IMG/VR virus record: IMGVR_UViG_3300020440_000009
Span: 1-64,000 of that record
Source of the DNA: a virus
Taxonomy: Duplodnaviria; Caudoviricetes
Length of the DNA: 64,000 nt
Direction: 5' to 3' (one strand)
Positions 19,729-29,866 of this stretch are shown piece by piece. Below the pieces are notes generated by a model. It was not told where the DNA came from. It searched no databases and saw nothing but the letters and a program-made list of their open reading frames with translations. The first letter of the stretch is position 1; every line of letters starts with the position of its first letter. The translations under genes were made by a program, and so were the position numbers.

Positions 19729-21599
19729 TAGTATTCAACCTCGTTGGTTCCATAAGCACTTTCGGTTATTACCTTTATTCTATTTGTAAGTGTTGACTCT
19801 ATAAGTCTTGGGAACATAAAGTCTTCAATTTTGACGGAACCACTTACAAGTTCTTTATCAATTCCCTGTAAAATTGTTGGTGTCCACCTTGCAAATTTAA
19901 GACCATTATAGAAAACAGTTTCATTTGTAGCTGATGACTTGAAAACAGTTCTTACTCTCTTAACACCATTAGTTGATAGTATTAAGTTTAATAACTGGTC
20001 TAAGTTAACAACAGCACCTAAAGATTGATTCTCTTGTCTAAAATATGAGAGTATCAAACTGTTAACTATATTTTTAATTCTTTGTGGTGCTTCTAACGTG
20101 CTAGGAATTAATTCAATTTCTATATAGTTTTCAAAATCCGGATCCCAATTATTAACAGAGTAACCATTATCTTTTGCACAGGGTATGAAGCTTTGAATGA
20201 TAGGATCTAATATTATAACCTCCCCTGTAATAGACTTTTTGTTTTGTATTTTTCTTAAAATGTTCACTTTTGGTATAGGAAAACCACTCTTCATTTGTAC
20301 CCATGCATATATATTATTAAAATCACACGAGTCTGAAAATTCATAGCCATATCTAGACTTAAGATCGTTAGATAGGTAATATCCAGGATCACCTTGTAAT
20401 TGATTTCCGTTATTATATAACCATCTTAAAAATGTTTTCATGTACGACCAGTTGTTCTGAATCTGAACATCTATCACATCCTTAAAGAACTCACCTCTTA
20501 TAAAAGAATCATAATCTTGTGTAGTTACTAATCTACCACCTGATCTAAAGTGGTTAGGTGCAGAGAATCTAATATCTTCTACTGTTTCTTCAGCTTGTGG
20601 TCGAGAAGCTGGTGAATAGTTATTTGCAACAATAGATGCTGGAATAATAAATGTACTAGAATCATTCACCAAGTTGCTGTAATCTTCCGTTAGTGCATTT
20701 TTTAGTGAATTTTCAGTTAATCCAGCGATTGATGTTGTAAAGTTTAAATTTGTAATTCCTCTTGATGCAATTTGACCATCCGGTCCATTACTCTTTAAAT
20801 AGACGATATAAACTTTATCACCATTTTCAAGTTTTTGACCATAAATGCCGTCGCCAAATTTTAAGGTTATATTTTTAAATTCATCTAATCTTAATTCAAA
20901 AACTCTCTCATTTTCACCATATGTTCTTTGATTTACTGGATCCATAAAAACTGAGTTTCTAACTGGTTTAAAAATAGCCCAGTTGTCACCTCTTTGAACA
21001 AGTGCATGAACAAAAGGAAAAGCGGTATAAGATTTAGTTGATTCTTCACTATATAGATTAGAGCAAGTAAATGTTTCATATGCTGTACCCTCGGCTACGA
21101 ATGGTGACTCATATAGCGTCCATTTTCCGTTGTACAATGTAATTTCATTTGTTACAGCACCTTGAGCTACAGTAACATCATCATACATATAGTTGAAATC
21201 TGTTGTCGAAAAAGTAATATCATTACCGTTTTCATCAGTTTTACCTAAACTAACACTTGAGTAAGGTGGCAATACAGTGTTGTTTTTGAGTCCAGGTACA
21301 CCACTAACTACAGTGTCTACTAGTGATGTCGAATATCCATCTGGGTTGTAATCTAAAAATTTAACAATTCTACTTATGTTTTCATAGAACTGAGAATCAG
21401 AACCAATAGCTTCGGTGCCTGCTTGATTTAAGTAATATTGAAGTGTTTGAAATGTATACGAAACAACATCTATGAAAATAGACAAGTCAGAGCCTGGATA
21501 AATATGATCTGTAAAATCAGTATTCTCTGAAAGTTTCTGCTCTATTCTCTTTTTGATCGCATAAGCGTCAAAGCTTAAATAGTCTCTATTAATAGCCAT
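19728..21599 (-). CDS. gp6: Baseplate wedge subunit, T4 gp6-like
   Basis: Motifs DYLSFD..AIK, FTD..YPGSDLSIFIDVVSY, ISRIVKFLDYNP, FGDGIYGQKL, ETVEDIRFSAP..F.SGGRLVTTQDY. Confidence 0.9.
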   Translation of the reverse strand: MAINRDYLSFDAYAIKKRIEQKLSENTDFTDHIYPGSDLSIFIDVVSYTFQTLQYYLNQAGTEAIGSDSQFYENISRIVKFLDYNPDGYSTSLVDTVVSGVPGLKNNTVLPPYSSVSLGKTDENGNDITFSTTDFNYMYDDVTVAQGAVTNEITLYNGKWTLYESPFVAEGTAYETFTCSNLYSEESTKSYTAFPFVHALVQRGDNWAIFKPVRNSVFMDPVNQRTYGENERVFELRLDEFKNITLKFGDGIYGQKLENGDKVYIVYLKSNGPDGQIASRGITNLNFTTSIAGLTENSLKNALTEDYSNLVNDSSTFIIPASIVANNYSPASRPQAEETVEDIRFSAPNHFRSGGRLVTTQDYDSFIRGEFFKDVIDVQIQNNWSYMKTFLRWLYNNGNQLQGDPGYYLSNDLKSRYGYEFSDSCDFNNIYAWVQMKSGFPIPKVNILRKIQNKKSITGEVIILDPIIQSFIPCAKDNGYSVNNWDPDFENYIEIELIPSTLEAPQRIKNIVNSLILSYFRQENQSLGAVVNLDQLLNLILSTNGVKRVRTVFKSSATNETVFYNGLKFARWTPTILQGIDKELVSGSVKIEDFMFPRLIESTLTNRIKVITESAYGTNEVEY

Positions 21600-21617
21600 T
21601 TAATTTCCTCCAATATA

Positions 21618-22184
21618 TTAGTAGCCACCGCCACCACCTCCTCCGGAGCCTCCTCCAGAACTTCCTCCTCCGGAACCTCCTCCAGAACTTCCGCCTCCTC
21701 CAGAGCCTCCACCTTCTGAGCCTCCACCGCCTATTGTTCTAATATCTTCTACACCCGAATAACTGGGCCTCGAACCACCAACTAAAAGAACATCAAAATC
21801 GAATGACTGCACAACGTCTAGTTTAGGGACATTATAATTAACTCTTATTTTTAGTTCATTTCTGTCTGGGTTAGGTTCTACGATTATATTTTTTACAGAG
21901 ACTTCAGGTTCAAACTCCATCATTTGACCAACAATTCTTTTTGCATTTTCTATTGTGACATCGTTTAAAGGTTCATACTTTAATTGTTCTAACGCATTAC
22001 CTAGCGTAGGAAAAAGAACTCTAGTTCCTATTGTCCATGAAAAAATATTACCTATTCTATTTCTGATAGCTTCTAAATCTTTTCTAGTACTGTTGACTAG
22101 AATGTTACTTATATTAACATCCTTGAACCTTTGACCTCTAAATACAGTTTTCTCTACAGGTCTTAATCGTATTTTTACACTCAT
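21618..22184 (-). CDS. gp25: Baseplate wedge/sheath initiator, T4 gp25-like, with a Gly/Ser C-terminal tail
   Basis: DLEAIRNRIGNIFSWTIGTRVLFPTLG...EPL...FEPEVSVKNIIV is the gp25 pattern; lies directly upstream of gp6. Confidence 0.88.
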   Translation of the reverse strand: MSVKIRLRPVEKTVFRGQRFKDVNISNILVNSTRKDLEAIRNRIGNIFSWTIGTRVLFPTLGNALEQLKYEPLNDVTIENAKRIVGQMMEFEPEVSVKNIIVEPNPDRNELKIRVNYNVPKLDVVQSFDFDVLLVGGSRPSYSGVEDIRTIGGGGSEGGGSGGGGSSGGGSGGGSSGGGSGGGGGGGY

Positions 22185-22241
22185 AGGTATCTCTCTGTGG
22201 GGAATTTACATTTGTATTTACAAATATTGCAGAAAATATTA

Positions 22242-24398
22242 TTACTCCGGTCTGTTCCAAACGCCATATTCTGTAGGTAATCTACCATCTTGAAGTGTTT
22301 CATCCTCATCTAATATATCTTGTGGATCTAAATCTCTATCATCCAGTAAAAGTTCTTTACCTGCTGTGAATAAAAATGCTGGAGCTAATACACATATAAC
22401 AGGTATCTTAAAGAACTTATTAAACAAGAATCTACCTATATCAACTGTTACACCCAACGCTTCCGCTATTTTACTTATAAATTCTAACATTATGTTGACT
22501 TTCCAGTTAGCCATAGACATTCTTATGTACTGTATGGCCATTTTAAGTTCCAGCTCCGGGTTAAAAATTCCTGGTGGTAATATAGGGTCTGGTAATTTGA
22601 ATAGAGGAAATCCACCAAGTCTAAAATTTCTTAATTTTTCCATAGCTTCTCCTACCCAGTTTCCAAATTGATCTATTTCTGAGGCCAAGTCACCCAGTGT
22701 AAAACCATTTATGAGTATGTTACCTATGCTTGTTATACTGAAGCCGTCTGGGAATTTTAATTCTCCAAATTTTATACCTTTTGGTAATATTTCTAAAAAT
22801 TCCTCCCATGTTAAAGTTCCTAAAATTCTTCCGTCTGGTAATATTAAGTCTGATATGAACTCATTCAATCTATCAAGTGGTATTGTACGGTCTGGGAATA
22901 AATCACCCATTGTTAAATCACCTAATAATATAGACATCTTAAGTTCTAAGTCTCCTACACCTCGCAGAAAGTCTAAAATCTCATCAGCATCCATTACTTG
23001 TAAAAATAAAGACTTGGGTATAGCAAAAGTCTGACCGGTGAGTTCTTTAATCAAATCAACCAGTTTAATTATTGCTTGCTCCATAAGATTCATTGTTATT
23101 TTTGTAATTTCTATCTGGAGAGCTTGCACAGTAAGGTTATATCTAAGTTCGGGTATATTGAGGCTATCAAAGAATTTAAAGTCTACATCAAGTCCTGGTA
23201 TATTAAAACCGGGTATTTCAAAGTCTGTTATGTCATCAATGAAATCTGTTAGCAATTCTTGAATATTGGGAAAACTTAGTTCGTCTACTATATCGAATAT
23301 AGAAAAACTGAATATTTTGTTTACACCTATTTGACTTAATAAATTTCTACCTACAAATTCGGGTAGTTGAAGGTCTTGGAATCTTATGCCAAGTTTCGCC
23401 ACAATATCAACAAATTGTTTGACCGTAAGATCAGCTAATCTAACAAAATATCTTAAGTTATCACTATTAAGAACATCTTTTAGTTCTTCTGCTAATTCTT
23501 CTAATTTACTAAAGTCTGCAAAGGAAATACTAATTCTTAAATCTGCTAATGTTATACCATCTAAATCAAAGCCATTAAACACATTTTTAATGTTAAAACC
23601 TAGTAAATCTGCTAGAGTTTTATCTCTTAATAAAATACCCATCTGACCATCAAATATATTTGAGATTGGTAAAAGTTGTTTTACTTTATCTAGTAAGGCC
23701 GCTATCGGGTCAAGTATGTCGGTAATGTAAAAAGAAACTCTTGCACTACCTCCACCTATTGTAAAAAGTGGTGAAGGAAGTATAGTATCTAAAACACCAC
23801 CTATAGCCTCTAATATTTTATCAATAATATCAAGTAACTCATTTATTATTAATTGAGGTAATTGAGCATAGGCCTGTGAGATTGCAAAATCATACTCAAG
23901 GGCCGGTATTTTTATATTTTGAAAATCAGGAAACCCTTGCCAGTTGGGTCTATTAGATATGGTGGGGTGAAGATTAGTTTTAAAATTGGGTAATTTAAGA
24001 TTAAATTCATCTAGATATATTGAAGGTAAACAGTATATTTTATGAAATGCCTCAATAAGATCAGCTATTGTGGGAAATACGATATTTGATACAGGATCTA
24101 TACATAACTTTTTAAAATCATCAGTACTAAAGTCAGCTTCGGGTGGTGATATAATGGCACCTTTTCTAATTAACTCTCGAAGTTCTGCTACATCCGAGCT
24201 ATTTGCTTCCTCTTGTGTATATTGATTAAGTATAAATTTGACATCTGATTTAAAGTTTTCAAGAACATCGTTTTTTAGTTTATCATAATCACCAACATTA
24301 TTTAGACCAGTTTCGTTCGCTACCTTTTCACGAACACTTTCAATTTTTGAGTCTATCTTATTCTCGGCTTTTTCTTTTAATTTATCTTCTAAACCCAT
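22242..24398 (-). CDS. Hypothetical 718 aa Leu/Ile/Phe-rich protein with three internal repeats, between gp5 and gp25
   Basis: Long ORF coupled to gp5; no recognised family. Confidence 0.75.
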   Translation of the reverse strand: MGLEDKLKEKAENKIDSKIESVREKVANETGLNNVGDYDKLKNDVLENFKSDVKFILNQYTQEEANSSDVAELRELIRKGAIISPPEADFSTDDFKKLCIDPVSNIVFPTIADLIEAFHKIYCLPSIYLDEFNLKLPNFKTNLHPTISNRPNWQGFPDFQNIKIPALEYDFAISQAYAQLPQLIINELLDIIDKILEAIGGVLDTILPSPLFTIGGGSARVSFYITDILDPIAALLDKVKQLLPISNIFDGQMGILLRDKTLADLLGFNIKNVFNGFDLDGITLADLRISISFADFSKLEELAEELKDVLNSDNLRYFVRLADLTVKQFVDIVAKLGIRFQDLQLPEFVGRNLLSQIGVNKIFSFSIFDIVDELSFPNIQELLTDFIDDITDFEIPGFNIPGLDVDFKFFDSLNIPELRYNLTVQALQIEITKITMNLMEQAIIKLVDLIKELTGQTFAIPKSLFLQVMDADEILDFLRGVGDLELKMSILLGDLTMGDLFPDRTIPLDRLNEFISDLILPDGRILGTLTWEEFLEILPKGIKFGELKFPDGFSITSIGNILINGFTLGDLASEIDQFGNWVGEAMEKLRNFRLGGFPLFKLPDPILPPGIFNPELELKMAIQYIRMSMANWKVNIMLEFISKIAEALGVTVDIGRFLFNKFFKIPVICVLAPAFLFTAGKELLLDDRDLDPQDILDEDETLQDGRLPTEYGVWNRPE

Positions 24399-24405
24399 TT
24401 AAATA

Positions 24406-25287
24406 CTAGTAGCCACCGCCACCGCCTCCAGAGCCTCCACCTCCTGAGCCACCTCCTGAGCCACCTTGTTGAGGTTGTGTGGGTGTGTCTTGTTGAATAT
24501 TAGTTGTATCTTCAATACCCATCATCGCATCAAATTCAGCTTGTCGTCTTTTTACCTTTTCTGATTCACTAAGTGGATTTTTTGTATATAACTCAGAAGA
24601 AGGTCTTTTAACTGTTATCTCATCTGCTCTTCTGGTAGCATACTCTTGAACACGCTTACTAGGTAAGTCTTCGAGATGAACATAACCAAGTCTTGTATAT
24701 TCTAAGTGATCTTGATATGTTTCTGCAAAGTACTCTTTAAAAGGTTCGGTAAAAGGATCATACATATAATGTGGTACAAAGTTATCTTCCGTTCTAGTTC
24801 CTGTTCCTGTGGTCCCAGTTTGACTCGGCTCTGTTATTTTAACAACACCAGAATCTTTCTTAATATTTTTCCCAGGTGCATTCATGTTTATACTAGGAGC
24901 CTGTAAATTTATTTCCGATGCTTGTATTGTTATTCTACCAGGTGTTTTAATGACATGATGATCTTCTTTATTATCTTCCGGAATAACCCAAGCCCGGTTA
25001 CTCTGAATAGATGCAAAATAAACAGGTGAAGATATGTCACCTTCTTCAAAGAAAACCCATACATGAGAATTTAATTTGGGTACAGAACACATTCCTTGAT
25101 TATCATTACAACCACCAAATATAGGCATAGCCGGTTGTGCCCAAGGTAATCTATATTGAAAACCCTCCTGATCAAAATTTAATTCATCAATTTTTGACGG
25201 ATAGATTGAAGGTATATATATTTTACACTGACCATAAGGACCAGTGTTGTCTAAAACTATACCTCTGTAATTTGAATTATACTCCAT
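24406..25287 (-). CDS. gp5: Central spike protein, gp5/VgrG-like OB-fold, no lysozyme domain
   Basis: YRGIVLDN...GQCKIYIP...LPWAQPAMP...GMCSVPKLNSHVWVFFEEGDISSPVYFASI is the gp5 OB-fold signature; follows the hub gene. Confidence 0.85.
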   Translation of the reverse strand: MEYNSNYRGIVLDNTGPYGQCKIYIPSIYPSKIDELNFDQEGFQYRLPWAQPAMPIFGGCNDNQGMCSVPKLNSHVWVFFEEGDISSPVYFASIQSNRAWVIPEDNKEDHHVIKTPGRITIQASEINLQAPSINMNAPGKNIKKDSGVVKITEPSQTGTTGTGTRTEDNFVPHYMYDPFTEPFKEYFAETYQDHLEYTRLGYVHLEDLPSKRVQEYATRRADEITVKRPSSELYTKNPLSESEKVKRRQAEFDAMMGIEDTTNIQQDTPTQPQQGGSGGGSGGGGSGGGGGGY

Positions 25288-26696
25288 TAAACTAAACTCC
25301 TATTTTTACTAAAATCATCTCTCAACGTACTACTTGATAATGTCATTATATTAGAATATTTCTCATTCGCTAAATCAAAGACATGATTAATACTTGTAAC
25401 TAACCATCTACCTATCAAGTCTCTTAGCGGTGTTGGGTCATTAACATCATCTACTCGTATAAACATATCTATACCCGGTTTTCTAGGCAATCTACCAGGT
25501 GTTCTTACTGTAACAACATTGTTCTTTATCAATGAATCCACCATTCTTTTATAAAAATTTAAACCGTCTGGATCAATACCTTCAAATATCTGATTATTAT
25601 CACCTTGTTTTAGTAGTGAAGTATCAAAAGTAAACTTACTTTCATCCGATGAATTTCTAGATATTGCTGAAAATCCCCTTTGTATTGACTGTGTTGTTAT
25701 GGTTGATTTTTTTGAAAATTTTCTATAATTATAATCATATCCATGTTCTACTGTATCAAACATATTCTTAATAACATCTTGGTTATTGGTTATACTATCT
25801 GACTGAATTGATTCTATGTCTGTAAATAATAATCTCGATGATGGATTTGCATTAGCTTTTATGTCTAATATATTTCTATGTATTCTATAATCTGAAGCAC
25901 CTACACTTGTTATAAAATCACTTTTAAACCATAGCTCGTGTTGTTTTTCAATATGATCATAAGGTACAAAAACTAAATCAGATTCCGGTGTTTCTACATT
26001 TTTAGAGAGAATAGCCATTAGGTTTGATAATCTTGTAGAACCAGCTGGTGACATATGTTCAATATCAACATCTGTATCTTTAGTTGTCGATTTTAAAACT
26101 AGTTCATTATTGATTATTTTTGTAGATTTATCGCTATCTACACCTCCGAATATTGATCTAACTATTTGACCAAATTTCATGGTGCTTCTATACACATTTG
26201 CCTCTCTACTATGTGTAGTGACAGGTGCAGTTTGCATAAACGAGAAGAATAGAGTACTTATTAAATCGATACTATAGACTACTACTCCATTATCTCGTTT
26301 TTCTAAAATTTTAGCTTTATTAACATAGAAAGTATGATTAAAATTAAATACTTCGCCATAATTATCATCCGATAGAAGAGACTTCGATCTATCAGGTTGT
26401 GAAACTATAGATATTGTACAGAACAAATTTAAGTTATTGAAAGTATTCAACATGACTTCTTTTTCATTGTCTTGAAAAACTATATTGGCTTTTAATATGG
26501 GGTCAATAAGACTACTTTCTATTGAAATCTTTTTTATGTTTGAGTTAGGTAGAAGTCTGGTTATTCTTCCTTCAGTGTCGGTGTAATTTGATTCGATCAA
26601 ATCTAAAATATTTTCCGACCCATATCTACCATCAAGTAATCTGACAGCAAATGAATATTTTTCTGTGCCGTATGAAAATGACTGTATGGTGTTCAT
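25287..26696 (-). CDS. Baseplate hub protein (T4 gp27/P2 gpD-like)
   Basis: C-terminal VTVRTPGRLPRKPG...LIGRWLVTSINHVF...YSNIMTL; position between gp53 and gp5. Confidence 0.75.
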   Translation of the reverse strand: MNTIQSFSYGTEKYSFAVRLLDGRYGSENILDLIESNYTDTEGRITRLLPNSNIKKISIESSLIDPILKANIVFQDNEKEVMLNTFNNLNLFCTISIVSQPDRSKSLLSDDNYGEVFNFNHTFYVNKAKILEKRDNGVVVYSIDLISTLFFSFMQTAPVTTHSREANVYRSTMKFGQIVRSIFGGVDSDKSTKIINNELVLKSTTKDTDVDIEHMSPAGSTRLSNLMAILSKNVETPESDLVFVPYDHIEKQHELWFKSDFITSVGASDYRIHRNILDIKANANPSSRLLFTDIESIQSDSITNNQDVIKNMFDTVEHGYDYNYRKFSKKSTITTQSIQRGFSAISRNSSDESKFTFDTSLLKQGDNNQIFEGIDPDGLNFYKRMVDSLIKNNVVTVRTPGRLPRKPGIDMFIRVDDVNDPTPLRDLIGRWLVTSINHVFDLANEKYSNIMTLSSSTLRDDFSKNRSLV

Positions 26697-27049
26697 TAAT
26701 TCCCTCTTATGCTATCTATAACTTCTAAAGCATCTTCTTCGGATATATATCTTAGCTGAGTACCGGGGACAGGATCAAACATAGGATCTCTTATATCGTT
26801 TAACTTTAATATCAACCAGTAGAGTTTTGGTGTTCCGTATATATTAAAAGAAATCGAGTTCCAAGTTTCATTTTGTTTAATTGTATAATACTGAAAATAA
26901 CCAGACTCTACAAAATCCAAATCTAACATATATAAAGTTCTCATCATGTTATACACATAATTATCACCAACCACCTCTACATTAAGAACATTCGATAAAG
27001 AATTTTTAGGTGCTTCATTCTTTAATTCATTTATTTGAAATTCTTTCAT
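26696..27049 (-). CDS. gp53: Baseplate wedge protein gp53-like (LysM-type fold)
   Basis: YYTIKQNETWNSISFNIYGTPKLYWLILKLNDI.DP motif; synteny. Confidence 0.88.
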   Translation of the reverse strand: MKEFQINELKNEAPKNSLSNVLNVEVVGDNYVYNMMRTLYMLDLDFVESGYFQYYTIKQNETWNSISFNIYGTPKLYWLILKLNDIRDPMFDPVPGTQLRYISEEDALEVIDSIRGN

Positions 27050-27064
27050 TTTATCTTATTCCTT

Positions 27065-28921
27065 TTATCCGAATAGATTTGGCACTTCAAAGCCTGCTAT
27101 TTTCTTTTTATCTTGTCTAAAGTTTTTGGCTATATCAGGTATAAATTCACCAAAATTTCTGGTAGATACAGACGTACCTATGAGTGAGCCGAGACTATCT
27201 CTTATAGAGTTGAAATCACCACTTACAACACTCTCCGTGAGTTCCTTAAATTGTTTGTCTGTCGTTATTGCTGGCAAGTCTTCCTGTAGTCCTTTCTGAG
27301 GATTTCTAGCATACACAAAGTTTAAATATGAATTTAAGTTATTAGGCATGAGAGATTTAAATGTCATGGTTATTCTGTATGTATCTGGTATGAATTGAAT
27401 AATTTCCGGGTTTAAAGGCATTTGACCTTCATTTTCATCAACAGCATTCGGTTTTTCTAAAACTGATAAAACATCATTAATTTGTTTATCGTTTAATTTT
27501 CTCACTTTACCTACCTGATCAACCTTAATGTCAGCCGAACAGAAGAAATATCTAAATCTTCCCGGAACTTTAATGTCATATAAATTTGAGGCTTGTTGGA
27601 CAAAACCAACTTGTGTCCACCATGCACCAGCTATTATTGAATTTATAAACCTTACATTTTTCTTAACTGCATCCATGTTGTAATTGAATAAAGTAAATGT
27701 GGTTTCAAATTCTGCATGTCCTTCTGTAGGTGCTGTAAATTTTGGTCGACCTTGTATGTCTACTTGTTGAATACCAGGTAATAACTTTATAAGTTTAGAA
27801 CCAAAACTACCAAATGTCTGTTGTATAAATGTTCTTGATTCCCAACCATCTGAACCTTTGGCGTGCCAGTAAGTTTCTTGAGGTGAAAGTGGTACAGTAT
27901 ATTTTGCTCTTACCTTACCTCCTACAAGTCTTGTGTAAAAAAGGTTAGGTAGTGTAAAAACGTCAAAATAATCATTATTTTTACGACTACCAGCTATATC
28001 AACAAAAACTTCTTTCAATGCTCTTCCGAATGCTGATAATTTATTACCTGTATCACGAAAACTACCTTCTGCAAATGAAGATGCTAATTCTGATATTTGA
28101 TTAAATATCTCAAATTGAAAAGCTAAATCTGATCTAGGTTGAATTTCAGTTATGTTTATTACTGGTACACTCTTAAAGAGAGGATTATTTGAAACCAGTG
28201 ATTTGTAGTCATCTATATTTGTGTCTCGTTTTCTACTCCTATCACCAAATAAAAATTCTGAAACTTCACCGGCAAACTCTTTTACATTACCAGCTATGTC
28301 AACTATTGTGTCTTTTACTTTTCCTATTTGTTTTACATAATCATTAATTTCATTTCTAACTTCATTAATTTTCATTCCTATGAAACCTTGTTGTCCACCG
28401 GGTTCTTGAAAATCAAACTGTTCGTCCGCTGTTTGAAAAAAATCATCTTCGTAAAATCTTGTCATTTCTTCAGGATACCATTGAAAGTCGTCTAAACCAT
28501 ATTGTGTACCCACTACATTATCATTTGATATATTATTTCTACCAGGAGTATATACGTTTCTATAATCCGTTAGTTCGGTAGTCCAGGTATCTTCGGCATT
28601 GAAAGGAGAATTTATGTCTCCACCTGTTGGTGTTTGATCCGTTTCTCTTGATAATGTGGTACTTGCAAAATTACCTAATTTAAATGTTTGATCACCTATA
28701 CGAACGCTAGGATTAAAAATCTGTTGTTCAGCAACCAGTTGTTCAAATGTTTTTGATGGTGCTCCTACTACCTGATCTAAAGGACGATTCTTAATAGTCG
28801 GTCCGGTTCTATAATCTCTAAAAGTGTAATCAGACAATGAAAATGCACCATTAGACAAACTTGGAACTCGATTTCTTATAATATTATCCGGTCGTAATGA
28901 TTTTAAGTCGTTGATTGCCAT
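27065..28921 (-). CDS. Baseplate tail-tube cap/initiator (gp48-like) with a long N-terminal extension
   Basis: C-terminal tube-like fold pattern FETTFTLFN...LYDIKVPG...IPDTYRITMTFKSL; directly upstream of gp53. Confidence 0.6.
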   Translation of the reverse strand: MAINDLKSLRPDNIIRNRVPSLSNGAFSLSDYTFRDYRTGPTIKNRPLDQVVGAPSKTFEQLVAEQQIFNPSVRIGDQTFKLGNFASTTLSRETDQTPTGGDINSPFNAEDTWTTELTDYRNVYTPGRNNISNDNVVGTQYGLDDFQWYPEEMTRFYEDDFFQTADEQFDFQEPGGQQGFIGMKINEVRNEINDYVKQIGKVKDTIVDIAGNVKEFAGEVSEFLFGDRSRKRDTNIDDYKSLVSNNPLFKSVPVINITEIQPRSDLAFQFEIFNQISELASSFAEGSFRDTGNKLSAFGRALKEVFVDIAGSRKNNDYFDVFTLPNLFYTRLVGGKVRAKYTVPLSPQETYWHAKGSDGWESRTFIQQTFGSFGSKLIKLLPGIQQVDIQGRPKFTAPTEGHAEFETTFTLFNYNMDAVKKNVRFINSIIAGAWWTQVGFVQQASNLYDIKVPGRFRYFFCSADIKVDQVGKVRKLNDKQINDVLSVLEKPNAVDENEGQMPLNPEIIQFIPDTYRITMTFKSLMPNNLNSYLNFVYARNPQKGLQEDLPAITTDKQFKELTESVVSGDFNSIRDSLGSLIGTSVSTRNFGEFIPDIAKNFRQDKKKIAGFEVPNLFG

Positions 28922-28981
28922 ATTTTTACCCTTTTTTTATCTGTGTTGGTATTTACCAAAAAAATTAAAATGATTTTTTAC

Positions 28982-29866
28982 TTACAAATTGTTTATTTGA
29001 CTATTATTCTCTGATGATTCTTCGGCATTTGATGATACCTCATTAACAACATTTACAACAGTTGGATTTTCCGCATTTTCGACAGTTTTCTTTAGTGCAT
29101 CTATTTTTTCATCAATTTTTCTTATTTGAGGACTTATATTCATATCCTCTCTTAATCTTAATGCTTCATATTCAGGTATGTACATACCTGTCTGTCGAAA
29201 ACTTTCTTCACGTTTTAGCTGTTCAGGAGTCATTGCACTTTCTATTGCATTTGCTTGACCTTTTAGCTCGGCTTGATTCGCTATTAGTTTATTTCTGCCT
29301 TTCTCCAAAACTGATATTTCCTCTGTTGCAGTCATAGGAATATCAACAAATGGTATATTATTTAATGCCATTTTTAAGTCTAAAATTTGTTGAGCCGTTT
29401 TTTGTTCAAATTCTTTAACTTTGGCTGAAATAGGATCAATGATTTTCTTTTTAACTAAAATACCAAGAAATATGCCAAGTCCTATACCAACAGGTGAGGT
29501 TAAAAAGCTTTTAACTCTATCAAAAGAACTTTTTGAGCCACCTTTTAATTTTGCACCAAATGTTGTACCTAAAGATCCGAGTCCTTCTTTAACACTTTCT
29601 TGACCAGACTTAAGACCGTTTAATGTCATTTTTTGAAGCTTTCTAAACTTATCGGTTTCTTCTCTTTTCTCCTTCTCTTCTTCTTGTGCTAAATCAAAAG
29701 CTTCATCGACATCTTGAACTCTTCTGTCTATATCGTGAATAATATCCAATTCATCTAAAAAGGTATCTATTTTAGCTTCGATGGGTTGATTAGTCTCTTT
29801 TCCGGTTTCTTTACCTATCTTAATCAACTCATCTCTTTGCTCTGCTGTAAATTCAGTTCTAGACAT
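28982..29866 (-). CDS. Short tape-measure-like (gp29 position) coiled-coil protein
   Basis: Helical, charged protein with one hydrophobic stretch (GIGLGIFLGILV); sits between the gp26/gp51 chaperones and gp48. Confidence 0.45.
   Translation of the reverse strand: MSRTEFTAEQRDELIKIGKETGKETNQPIEAKIDTFLDELDIIHDIDRRVQDVDEAFDLAQEEEKEKREETDKFRKLQKMTLNGLKSGQESVKEGLGSLGTTFGAKLKGGSKSSFDRVKSFLTSPVGIGLGIFLGILVKKKIIDPISAKVKEFEQKTAQQILDLKMALNNIPFVDIPMTATEEISVLEKGRNKLIANQAELKGQANAIESAMTPEQLKREESFRQTGMYIPEYEALRLREDMNISPQIRKIDEKIDALKKTVENAENPTVVNVVNEVSSNAEESSENNSQINNL

Noticed and set aside
21618-21731. CRISPR-like or microsatellite array
   Set aside because: The short GC-rich repeats are simply Gly/Ser codons in frame at the end of gp25; there are no unique spacers.
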